The translations under genes were made by a program, and so were the position numbers. A stretch of 64,000 nucleotides of DNA from an uncultured Pseudomonadales bacterium (GTDB lineage: Bacteria > Patescibacteriota > Microgenomatia > UBA1400 > PJMF01): the NCBI GenBank assembly GCA_964556485.1, contig CAZKVV010000002.1, positions 74,291 to 138,290 of the forward strand. The letters are read 5' to 3'. How positions within the stretch are numbered: the stretch's first letter is position 1; every line of letters starts with the position of its first letter. Under the pieces are notes generated by a model. That model made no database searches. It worked only from the letters and a program-made list of their open reading frames with translations, and was not told where the DNA came from. Shown one piece after another: positions 36,828-46,116 of the stretch.

Positions 36828-38540
36828 ATGAGAATCAACAAACATTTTTTCAATGCTTTTAGAAAACATATCATTTATATCGTTTTGATTTTAGTTGCAG
36901 CAGTCATGGGATCACTGCCATTACTGCACAGTGGACTTTATACTGCTCACGATATCTGGCATCAGGTGGCTAGGCTGTATCATTATTCAGAAGCAGTTTC
37001 GGATGGCCAATTTTTTCCAACCTGGATTAGCACCCTGTCCCAAGGTCATGGATATCCACTCTTTCTTTTTTCGTACCATTTTCCATGGATACTCGGAACT
37101 CCTTTAGTATTGATGGGGGCAAGTATTGAATTTGCCTTAAAGTTTCTTTTCTTTGTTGCATATCTTGCTTCCGGTTGGGCGATGTATGCATTAGCTTGGC
37201 ACATAACAAAAAATAAAACGGCTTCACTTGGAAGTGCTGTCTTGTACTTATTTGCTCCATATCACTTCTTAACAATGTATGTCAGTGCTGCTATTGGTAC
37301 ACAGTTTCAGTTTGCAATCTTACCACTGCTCTTTTTGGGAGCTGCTTGGATTTTGGACAAAAGGCCTAGATGGGGTTTTATTCTTTTAAGTATTTCAATT
37401 GCCACAGGAATTCTCACTCACCTCATAACCTTTGCATACTTTATGCTGGCATTGCTGCTGTATATTGCATTTATACTCTCGACCACGCACATTGCGGCTA
37501 ACAGAAAGCGGAAAATAGTTGCGTTGCTTTTTTTAAGTTTATTTCTTGGTATCTTGCTCTCAAGCTTCTATTTAGTTCCATTTGTTGCATACAAAAATGA
37601 AATCATTGCTTCTCTACCTGGAAATGGTTTTACAGATATATATAAAAGTAATTTTGCATCACTCCGTCAACTCATTTACTCAAAATGGGGGTTTGGCCCA
37701 ATAATTAGTAATGCTAAAGATGGTGAAATATCGTTACAAATTGGTATTGCACAATGGCTCGGTGCATTTTTTGCAACATTGCTTGTAATTACTTCAATGA
37801 TTTTTCGTAAAAAATTTAAAAATGAAAATGTGTTCTTTTTGTCTTTATTTGGACTAAGCATATTTGGAATGCTTAGCATATCCGAACCTCTTTGGAGTTT
37901 TGTAACTAAAATTGTTTCGTTTGATTATCCTTTTAGACTTTTGTTGATTAGTGTATTTTCTGGTTCACTGTTAGCTGCCTTTGTTATTACTTCAGTAAAA
38001 AAGTATAAACTCTTTTTATATGGTGCTTGTGGCTTTTTCATTATGATTGCGATGTACACAAATAGAAACCATATTAAGGTTAACTTATATACTGATGTTC
38101 CGCTCGATTTGTATGTAAGGTCTGAAACTACAACAAACACCTTTCATGAATATTTGCCGCTGGGTGCTAGTTCTCAGTTACTTTCAAAAGATGCGCAGTC
38201 TGTTGCAATTTCAGAGAATAAAACTTCAGTTCCAATTGTAAGTAATCTTGCACAAACAACTAACTCACTATTTTTTGATGTAGAAATCGCTACACCATCA
38301 GCCATTTCAATTAGTCAATTCTCTTTTCCTGGACAACGACTGTATGTTAACAAAAAATTTGTGGAACATAGTGTTGATGGCAGCGGTAGAATACAAACAA
38401 GTTTAACTGAAGGAAGACACAGTGTTCTCGTACAATATGAAGACACTACGCCAATATTATTTGGAAAAGTCTTAACAGTACTTGGAATGGTTTTTTTAGT
38501 AAGGTTTTACATTGCGGAAAGCAGAAAAGATGAAAAATAA
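36828..38540 (+). CDS. 'PTPS-related' GT-C-type membrane protein
   Basis: AHDIWHQVAR, GQFFPTW, HGYPLFLF, SFYLVP, WGFG, DYPFR, EYLP, FPG. Confidence 0.78.
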   Translation: MRINKHFFNAFRKHIIYIVLILVAAVMGSLPLLHSGLYTAHDIWHQVARLYHYSEAVSDGQFFPTWISTLSQGHGYPLFLFSYHFPWILGTPLVLMGASIEFALKFLFFVAYLASGWAMYALAWHITKNKTASLGSAVLYLFAPYHFLTMYVSAAIGTQFQFAILPLLFLGAAWILDKRPRWGFILLSISIATGILTHLITFAYFMLALLLYIAFILSTTHIAANRKRKIVALLFLSLFLGILLSSFYLVPFVAYKNEIIASLPGNGFTDIYKSNFASLRQLIYSKWGFGPIISNAKDGEISLQIGIAQWLGAFFATLLVITSMIFRKKFKNENVFFLSLFGLSIFGMLSISEPLWSFVTKIVSFDYPFRLLLISVFSGSLLAAFVITSVKKYKLFLYGACGFFIMIAMYTNRNHIKVNLYTDVPLDLYVRSETTTNTFHEYLPLGASSQLLSKDAQSVAISENKTSVPIVSNLAQTTNSLFFDVEIATPSAISISQFSFPGQRLYVNKKFVEHSVDGSGRIQTSLTEGRHSVLVQYEDTTPILFGKVLTVLGMVFLVRFYIAESRKDEK

Positions 38541-39264
38541 AGATCAGAAAGTTATTGCTGTAATGCCTGCATATAATGCAGCCAGAACTCTCAAAAAAAC
38601 GGTAGCAGATATTCCAGCAAATACCGTTGATAAGGTTATTCTTGTTGACGATCATAGTTCAGATGAAACCGTTAAGGTTGCAAAAGAACTGAACTTAACT
38701 GTTGTTACTCATCCACAAAATAGAGGCTACGGTGGTAATCAAAAAACATGTTACACGCTAGCCCTTTCTGAAGGTGCTGATGTAGTCGTTATGATTCATC
38801 CTGATTATCAATATGATAGTTCATTAACTGCTGAGATGGTTAAACCTATTTTAGAAGGTAAATGCGATGTTATGCTGGGTTCTCGCATACGAACAAGAGC
38901 TGAAGCACTTGCTGGCGGCATGCCAAAATATAAGTACATTGGTAATCGTTTTTTAACGTTAGTTGAAAATACTGTGCTTGGCCAAAATTTATCTGAGTAT
39001 CACACTGGGTTTAGAGCATTTAGTAAAAAATCATTAGAAAATTTGCCGTTTCACACCTATTCTGACGATTTTGTTTTTGATTCTCAAATATTATTTGGTT
39101 GTATTGCAAATAATGAAAGAATTGGTGAAATCTCAGTTCCAGTTAGATACTTTGAGGAAGCATCATCAATCAATTTCTGGAGAAGTTGTATTTACGGCTT
39201 AACAATCTTAAGAGATTTATTGATTTATTCAGTTACAGGTGGTAAATACTTCATTAAACATTAA
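38530..39264 (+). CDS. GT2, polyprenol-phosphate-sugar synthase (DPM1-like)
   Basis: MPAYNAA, VDDHSSD, NRGYGGNQK, HPDYQY, SEYHTGFRA, DDFVFD. Confidence 0.9.
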   Translation: MKNKDQKVIAVMPAYNAARTLKKTVADIPANTVDKVILVDDHSSDETVKVAKELNLTVVTHPQNRGYGGNQKTCYTLALSEGADVVVMIHPDYQYDSSLTAEMVKPILEGKCDVMLGSRIRTRAEALAGGMPKYKYIGNRFLTLVENTVLGQNLSEYHTGFRAFSKKSLENLPFHTYSDDFVFDSQILFGCIANNERIGEISVPVRYFEEASSINFWRSCIYGLTILRDLLIYSVTGGKYFIKH

Positions 39265-40970
39265 TTATCGCTACAACTGCTTTCAGTAAGCAATGAGTGT
39301 GAATCATAGACATACACATAGGTATGTACTCCGTTTGACGCTTTTCCTTGGTAGAGCTGGTTAGCTTGTTCTATCTTTTGATCAGTCACATAGACCGATT
39401 CTTGATTATTCTGCTGTGCTTTACAACCCACTGCTTCTAAGGATTCACTAGAAGCCGTCACTCTTCCCAATTCGACAGTGTGTTGAAAGCCTGAACTTTC
39501 TAACTCACCTAACTTTGCAAGTTGTTGGTATTGTTTTGGCGGTAGCTTAGTATAAAAAGCATAAAACATAATAGGGTCAGAATAAAAAGGTTTGAAGTGG
39601 ATCTGAGTTGACTCAGGCAGGGTTTGTAAGTATGAATGCAGATCTGGAAGGTACGATTGATAATAATATTCATTTTTTGTGGTATGAACCGCAAAGTACT
39701 CGGTGAAATACAAAACACTGTAGCCAGCAAGAATAAGAGATAGAGATATAAGCAATAGATTTCTCATTCTCTTGTGCGCGAACTCTAACACTATTTTTAT
39801 ACCAAATATGATCACAATTAAGACAAAGGGATACCACATTGAAAGTCGGACTTTTTGTGGATCTCCAGAGAGAATTGTAGGAATTGGTGATAGCAGTAAA
39901 CCAATTAAAACTACCAGTCTTTGGTGAGTGGACATGTTTTTTCCAACCATGAAAAGTCCAACTAACCCAATGACAAAAAAAGGATACACAATTGGGTAAA
40001 ATTGACCAAATCCATCTTGTGATAAGAAAATGAGATCATCTTCACCAGATGAGACTAAGTAATTTGGTGAAAAAGCAGCAAGGTATCTCTGTGTAAGCAT
40101 CCGGGAAACGAGCACTGGTTTATTCCAGACGGCATCGCAGAGAAGTCTGGGATACTGCATATCACAAAAGGTTCTACTTTCATCAATTTTGAGCACAAGA
40201 CCTGGATCTGAAAAGATACCTACTTGATGTAATCTGGTGCCGTTTACACCGATGACGCTAGGTGCAAAAAATGGTACGATCAGCGAGAGAAAACTGAACA
40301 AAAACACTGCAAGATGTTCTCTCTTTATTTTTTCAATAAAAAACAGCCAAAGTAGTCCAAAAATCCAAAGTAAGGCAGTGATTGGTCGGTAAGCGATGTA
40401 GCTATACCAGGTAAGTGATAAAGCAACACCAGACAACAAGAACCAATACCAGTTCCTTTGTCGAACTGCTCTAAAATAGGAAGCTAAACCTACTAGAAGA
40501 CAAAAGAGAGCTATGTTTGATTCAAAACCAAATCGACTTAGGAAAAATGGCCAAGGGCTGAGAGCTGTAATCAATGCACCAAGGGTGCTCAGTTTCTTGC
40601 CAAATGAAAACTCTCTGAGCAACCAATACGATGCTAGTATTGATGCAACACCAATGAGAAGTGATGGCACTCTTATTGCAAAAATACTCAGACCCCAAAG
40701 AGCGACGGGAAGAATATCAAGGTATGCCATTGCAGGTAATTTTTGATCACCAAAGCCTTTAAAAATGAGTGGCCATTTTTGGTTGTGCTCGTCTGCCCCC
40801 GTTTGCAACAGTGACTGAGCTATATATCCAAAATGGAGCTCATCTATCAGTGCCCCCTTAGGGGCTCTATCTATCTGCCAGATTCTCACACAAAATCCCA
40901 GCACTACTATTAACAGTAGCACGAGGATGGGATACAATGATTTGAGTGTCGTTTTTGTATATTTTTTCAT
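39261..40970 (-). CDS. GT-C PMT/ArnT-like paralogue
   Basis: IDELHFGYIA, TGADEHNQKWP, GFGDQKLP, SPW..SRFGFE, PQKVR. Start ATG 40970. Confidence 0.82.
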   Translation of the reverse strand: MKKYTKTTLKSLYPILVLLLIVVLGFCVRIWQIDRAPKGALIDELHFGYIAQSLLQTGADEHNQKWPLIFKGFGDQKLPAMAYLDILPVALWGLSIFAIRVPSLLIGVASILASYWLLREFSFGKKLSTLGALITALSPWPFFLSRFGFESNIALFCLLVGLASYFRAVRQRNWYWFLLSGVALSLTWYSYIAYRPITALLWIFGLLWLFFIEKIKREHLAVFLFSFLSLIVPFFAPSVIGVNGTRLHQVGIFSDPGLVLKIDESRTFCDMQYPRLLCDAVWNKPVLVSRMLTQRYLAAFSPNYLVSSGEDDLIFLSQDGFGQFYPIVYPFFVIGLVGLFMVGKNMSTHQRLVVLIGLLLSPIPTILSGDPQKVRLSMWYPFVLIVIIFGIKIVLEFAHKRMRNLLLISLSLILAGYSVLYFTEYFAVHTTKNEYYYQSYLPDLHSYLQTLPESTQIHFKPFYSDPIMFYAFYTKLPPKQYQQLAKLGELESSGFQHTVELGRVTASSESLEAVGCKAQQNNQESVYVTDQKIEQANQLYQGKASNGVHTYVYVYDSHSLLTESSCSDN

Positions 40971-41002
40971 TTTAAACGTCTCTTCTATCAGTATTATCAC
41001 AT

Positions 41003-42796
41003 ATGCACACAAAGAAAAACATAACTTTTTTACTACTGCTCTTTTTTTTCATTCTAACTAGCAGACTTTATAAAATATCCAGTGTTCCCAGCGTTATTAG
41101 TCATGATGAAAATTATTATCCAGTGCAAGCAAAAACAATTGCTGTAGCATTTACCGATCCGTCTGGCACTTGGAATCCTCTTAGCCTTACTGCTGCTAAT
41201 CCGCTCTATGCTGAATTGCCGGGTTTGATTATGGCACCCGCGAGTGCATTCTCCAATCCACTACTTGCTGCAAGATTTACTCATGCATTACTTGGTAGTT
41301 TGTTGGTTTTAGTTTTGGCTGGTATCGCTCACACTGTCACCAAGAATCGAATATTTTTCTTGTCAGTCTATCTGATTGGTTTCCTTAACCCTTGGCTTTT
41401 TCAATTTTCACGAATGAACTTTGATGCCCTTTTTAGTCTCTTTTTCTACTTTACAGGAATTTTTCTATTCCTGCAAAAATCACCCCAAATTAAATTACTT
41501 TCAGTTTTCTTTTTCTTAGTTGGCTTCTTCCAATATCAGGGACTCAAAATTGTACTTTTGCCACTGACTGTAGTTCTGTTACTTTTTGAATACGCTTGGC
41601 AAAGTAGTATTAAAAAGCGTTCTATTAGCAACTTTTACCCTAATATTGCTTTGGGTTTAGGTGTGGTTCTAGTTACTGTATATTTTTTGTTAACCTTATC
41701 TGGACAAAGTGCGAGCAGCAGAGCAAGTGATACCATTTTTTCTGACCCCACTATTGCTGCTCAAGTACAAGTGCAGCGACAACAAACTATTGTTAACCCA
41801 GTAGTGCAACTATTTAATAACAAGTTCACCGTTGTAGGTCAAACTTTTCTGAGCAACTATCTTGCTAGTTTTAATATCAATCAACTTTTTAATACTGGTG
41901 AATCGCTACGGAATCCTTTTTCAGTGTGGTCAAAAGGTATGTTTTATCCACTCGATTTAGTTTTGATTGTAGTAGGTTTCTTTGCTCTCTATTCTGTTAA
42001 AAAAACTAGACCATTTGCCATTATGTTGTTATTACTTATTTTGATCGCACCTCTACCATCTGCAATTAATGCAAAAGGATTATGGATCATGTTTAGAAGT
42101 AGTTTATATGTGCCAGTTTTCGTTTTGCTTGCTGGTGCAGGAGTATCCTACTTGATTACAAAACACAAATTAATTGCTCTCCTTGTTATGACTATCTATA
42201 TGCTGTTTGTTTCCAGTTTTTTTTATGAATATTTTTTCCGTTATCCAACCATCGGCACATCTGGAAATTATTTTTCAGAAAGGATTGTGGCAAGCTATCT
42301 CAAAAGAAATGCAGGTCTCTCAACAGTTGTTTTAGTTGACGAAAAACAGTTTGTGTACAATGCACTACTGCACTTTAATCAGCTTATCTCACCGGCAACT
42401 TTGGGAGAAATTAAAAAAAGCTATCAGTCAGATACGTATAGTATTGGCAGTATTAGCATTGACAATCGTTGTGTATCAACAACAGAGATTTTATCGGGGA
42501 CAACTGTGATAGCAGCGGCACATATTCCCTTTTGTGTTGAATCACACTCACCGATAGTTGAAGTTGCCCCTTTCACATCGGCCATACAATCACTCATTGA
42601 TAGTGGTGAACAGTTTATCATCTACAATGATCCTTTGTGTAGCAGTTATCAACTTGGTTCCAGTTCACATGTTACAACTGACGTTTTTGCCATTGAATCA
42701 TTATCAGATAAAGAGTTTTGTGAGAACTTTTTTGCACAAACATCGGTGTCAAAACGAATTATCCCAACGGTCATGCAATCAGATTTAGTGATCTAA
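41003..42796 (+). CDS. GT-C PMT/ArnT-like paralogue (divergent)
   Basis: SHDENYY, DPSGTWNP, NPWLFQFSRMNFD; Cys-containing C-terminal domain; TATTAT at 40992-40997 lies 5 nt before the ATG. Confidence 0.78.
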   Translation: MHTKKNITFLLLLFFFILTSRLYKISSVPSVISHDENYYPVQAKTIAVAFTDPSGTWNPLSLTAANPLYAELPGLIMAPASAFSNPLLAARFTHALLGSLLVLVLAGIAHTVTKNRIFFLSVYLIGFLNPWLFQFSRMNFDALFSLFFYFTGIFLFLQKSPQIKLLSVFFFLVGFFQYQGLKIVLLPLTVVLLLFEYAWQSSIKKRSISNFYPNIALGLGVVLVTVYFLLTLSGQSASSRASDTIFSDPTIAAQVQVQRQQTIVNPVVQLFNNKFTVVGQTFLSNYLASFNINQLFNTGESLRNPFSVWSKGMFYPLDLVLIVVGFFALYSVKKTRPFAIMLLLLILIAPLPSAINAKGLWIMFRSSLYVPVFVLLAGAGVSYLITKHKLIALLVMTIYMLFVSSFFYEYFFRYPTIGTSGNYFSERIVASYLKRNAGLSTVVLVDEKQFVYNALLHFNQLISPATLGEIKKSYQSDTYSIGSISIDNRCVSTTEILSGTTVIAAAHIPFCVESHSPIVEVAPFTSAIQSLIDSGEQFIIYNDPLCSSYQLGSSSHVTTDVFAIESLSDKEFCENFFAQTSVSKRIIPTVMQSDLVI

Positions 42797-44449
42797 GTCG
42801 AAAAAATACCAGGTATCAGAACCGATTTCACCCTCATTTGATTCAATAACTAGATAATCTCTAGCAAAATCTTTGTTACGGCTCACCAATAATCCTGTTT
42901 TTGTGGAACTATCTGCAACCAATGGAACTTGAGCAAAATCATAGTAATACTTGCCAAATGATGCTACTTTTTTGTATCCAATTGAGTCTACCCACACAAC
43001 TGATTTTTGAAAATCAGCTGGTTCAACCTGAGAATAAAAGGCCTGAAAAATATACGGTGAGTCTATTGTTCTATTTCTATTGCTGGTACCGTTTGGATCG
43101 ATGAAGATGTAATCGTACTTCGATTCCAATTCGTGAACGCGTTGGGCAACCTTTCTATATCCAGGTAACCATAATGGATCAAGATTCCATTGATGAATGA
43201 AAAAGTATCGAGCAAAAAAGAGTACATAACTAGCTGAAAAACCTGCTATAAGCAGTGATAACACTATTTTTTTCTTTTCAGAAGTCCACAAAGTGAATAT
43301 TCCTATCGCCGCAAAAATGGTGATGACAAAATGAAAATCGAGCAATCTATTTGTAACCGGTGCATCAATGGTAAGCGCATCTGGAATTGGTGAGAGTAGC
43401 AAATATGAAACAAGAAATAGCACCGTTTTCTTAGACTTTAATGAACCTGTAACCGCAGAGTATGCACCATAGACCGTCAAAGGCAAAATGAACCATGACA
43501 AATTCCCAAAACCTATATTTGAAAGCGAGTGCCAACCATTACTTCCTCCTTTTACAAACAAATACACAGGATTAAAGGCTGCCAAATACCCATTGATAAA
43601 ATCTGTGGAAAATTCGTACAGCGGAGTTGCAATAATTTGTCTGATTCGATGTTGTTCTACAGGTGTTTGTAAGAGTAAGAAATAGTAGTCATTGTATGAA
43701 TTAGCATATTTTGTTGGATCAATAATAGTGGCTTCTAATTTTCCAGTTGTTACGGTACTCATCAGCATGTAAATACCAATTACGAGTAAAAAGAGAATGC
43801 AAAACCCAACGCGTGTTTGTAGTTTGCCATTTTTAAAGTATTCTGAACGAAAAATGAGTATCAAAGATAAAAACAGCGGTGGAGATAGTAGCAATGCTAC
43901 ATTGTAAAACAGATAACTTAGTCCAAGTGCAATTGCAGCAAAAAAGAAATAGAACCATTTTTTTCTAGCTTTTAATAGAAAGGTTAACCCTAGTACGAAC
44001 AGTGTCAGACTCGCAATTGGTTCATATGCCGTTCTTGAGAGAAACGTGTGCCAAACTGAAAATGTAATCAAAACAGAAGTGATGATTGCAAGTTTTTTTG
44101 AATTAAAAAGTTCTTTAACAAATAGGTATGAAATAGGTACTAAAAGAGTCCCAAGAAGCGCTGTCCCAATTCTTGCTGCAAAGGGAGTAAAACCAAAAAT
44201 CTGGATGAAAAATGCCGTAAGATACACTAATCCTGGAAGTTTATAATCACCGAACGATTCGAAAAAAAATGGATATGGACCTGCTCCATGTTCATCATAC
44301 CCAGTTTTTAAAACCGAGTATCCAGAATAGGCAATACTTAACTCGTCACGATGCAGTTCTTTGGGTGTGTTGGATAGTGATGCAGTCCTCGCATACAGTG
44401 CAAAGATAGTTAAAAGCGCAAGCAGAAATGGGATCAGAAATCTTTTCAT
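42785..44449 (-). CDS. GT-C PMT/ArnT-like paralogue (type B)
   Basis: RDELSIAYSGY, TGYDEHG, ESFGDYKLPG, SRTAYE, GGSNGWH, PVTNR. Confidence 0.82.
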   Translation of the reverse strand: MKRFLIPFLLALLTIFALYARTASLSNTPKELHRDELSIAYSGYSVLKTGYDEHGAGPYPFFFESFGDYKLPGLVYLTAFFIQIFGFTPFAARIGTALLGTLLVPISYLFVKELFNSKKLAIITSVLITFSVWHTFLSRTAYEPIASLTLFVLGLTFLLKARKKWFYFFFAAIALGLSYLFYNVALLLSPPLFLSLILIFRSEYFKNGKLQTRVGFCILFLLVIGIYMLMSTVTTGKLEATIIDPTKYANSYNDYYFLLLQTPVEQHRIRQIIATPLYEFSTDFINGYLAAFNPVYLFVKGGSNGWHSLSNIGFGNLSWFILPLTVYGAYSAVTGSLKSKKTVLFLVSYLLLSPIPDALTIDAPVTNRLLDFHFVITIFAAIGIFTLWTSEKKKIVLSLLIAGFSASYVLFFARYFFIHQWNLDPLWLPGYRKVAQRVHELESKYDYIFIDPNGTSNRNRTIDSPYIFQAFYSQVEPADFQKSVVWVDSIGYKKVASFGKYYYDFAQVPLVADSSTKTGLLVSRNKDFARDYLVIESNEGEIGSDTWYFFDLDH

Positions 44450-46116
44450 TTTTCTTCAGCAACAAGTAACTGCCATACAACTGTATCTGATAAATTAGAA
44501 ACAGTTTTTAACGGAGTAAACTGATAATCCGGATTGAGACTCTCAAACTTTGAAACTTCTTCTGGAGCTGCTGCAATGATACTTGACTCTGATAACTGGG
44601 GAATTTCTCTGTAAAAGCTTTTATTTTCAAATGTCAAAAACTCACCTTGATCAAACATGGCAGTCTTGGATGCAGTTTGCACTCTTCTTGGATCTGTTTT
44701 TGAATAAAACCAGTAGTACATTGCTGGTCGACCTTCAATTCTTGATACGTACACTGGATATTCTGGCAGTTCTCTCTCGAGGGAATTGAGTTCGCTAATC
44801 ATCTGAGTGTAACCGTACTGCCATTCATCATTAGACACCTTTGGATAGATTAAAAAATAATATCTTAGGTATTGTAACGAGCTGATTGAGTAGGCAAAAA
44901 TCAAGAGAACCACTGCATGGTTGGCAACTTTTTTCTTGCGAGCTATCTCCAAAAATGAGGTAATTCCTGCAGTAATATACAGGATGAACACTGGCATTGA
45001 TGGGAGTGTTCTGAGGGCATGTGGTACAGCTTTAGTGAGAGCTGCAGGAAAGAGTGTCACAAGTAACCAAATGAGTAAAAAGACACTCGCAGCTTTGTTC
45101 TTATTCCAAAGATAGATAAAACCTAAACCTAAAAATACTGATTCAAAAATATAAAAGAGGCCGGCAAAATGAGTTGAGTGTCTGATGTTTTCATCCCCTC
45201 TCAAGAACATGTAGGTGGGTGAAAAGTGTGAAACAGCATTTTCCAGTATCACCTGAGAATACAAAACATATCTGTGGTAGATAATTCGGGAAAACATAGT
45301 CATATCACTTTGTTCTCTCAGTGCGTTACTCATTTCAATTATTGCAGCATCACCAAAAATGCTGGTTTCTTGAAATCTGTGAGATAGTTCTGGACTTGAG
45401 GCTTTTAAAAACAGTGGTACATACAAAATAAAACAGGTACCAAGTATAATTCCAGAAATTTTAATTGTTGCGGAAAACTGACGTACCACCAGATCTCTAT
45501 ACACAAAAATAACGCTACTCAAGCATAAAATGGGGGCAATAACTCTTGCTGCATGATAGGTGTAACCAGCTGCTACAAAGAGTAAAGCGCTACCAACAGC
45601 AGCTAAAATCCAGGTTTTTCTTTTTAGTTTCCATTGATGCTTGGCTGTAAAAACACCAATAACTCCCCAAACAAGCAGTGAGGTTGCAAAATTAGCTTCC
45701 CACATGCTCCTGCTAAACTGAATTGCCCATGGGGAGATAGCAGCAACTGCCAATGCCCACAGTCCATTGAGATGTAGTTTTCTTGCCAAGACAGCAACTC
45801 CAATAACTATGAGTACTCCAGCTAGGGCGTTTGGAAGTCTAACTGCAAAATCGGATAATCCAAACAGAGCTAAAGATGGCAGTAATGCATAAAAATAGCC
45901 AGTAGGTTTCCAGTCACCAAACGACTTGATTGCAATAATTGGCCAAACAGCATCATGATGATCCTTGCCCGTTTTTAACAGTGAGTAAGCATCATAGCCT
46001 ACTGCAACTTCTTCCCAATATAAGCTTGGAGGGACGTTTGTAAGCTGATACAGTCTTAAAAAGGCTGCGACTCCAAAAATGAAAATAATGAGCAGAATGT
46101 GTAATTTATTGTTCAT
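44446..46116 (-). CDS. GT-C PMT/ArnT-like paralogue (type A)
   Basis: YWEEVAVGYDAY, TGKDHH, SFGDWKP, SPW..FSRSMWE, GDENIRH, PHALR, WQYGY. Confidence 0.82.
   Translation of the reverse strand: MNNKLHILLIIFIFGVAAFLRLYQLTNVPPSLYWEEVAVGYDAYSLLKTGKDHHDAVWPIIAIKSFGDWKPTGYFYALLPSLALFGLSDFAVRLPNALAGVLIVIGVAVLARKLHLNGLWALAVAAISPWAIQFSRSMWEANFATSLLVWGVIGVFTAKHQWKLKRKTWILAAVGSALLFVAAGYTYHAARVIAPILCLSSVIFVYRDLVVRQFSATIKISGIILGTCFILYVPLFLKASSPELSHRFQETSIFGDAAIIEMSNALREQSDMTMFSRIIYHRYVLYSQVILENAVSHFSPTYMFLRGDENIRHSTHFAGLFYIFESVFLGLGFIYLWNKNKAASVFLLIWLLVTLFPAALTKAVPHALRTLPSMPVFILYITAGITSFLEIARKKKVANHAVVLLIFAYSISSLQYLRYYFLIYPKVSNDEWQYGYTQMISELNSLERELPEYPVYVSRIEGRPAMYYWFYSKTDPRRVQTASKTAMFDQGEFLTFENKSFYREIPQLSESSIIAAAPEEVSKFESLNPDYQFTPLKTVSNLSDTVVWQLLVAEEK

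Noticed and set aside
35250-42796. Shufflon or integron explanation for the orientation switches
   Set aside because: No recombinase, no attC-like palindromes and no shared inverted repeats seen at the junctions.
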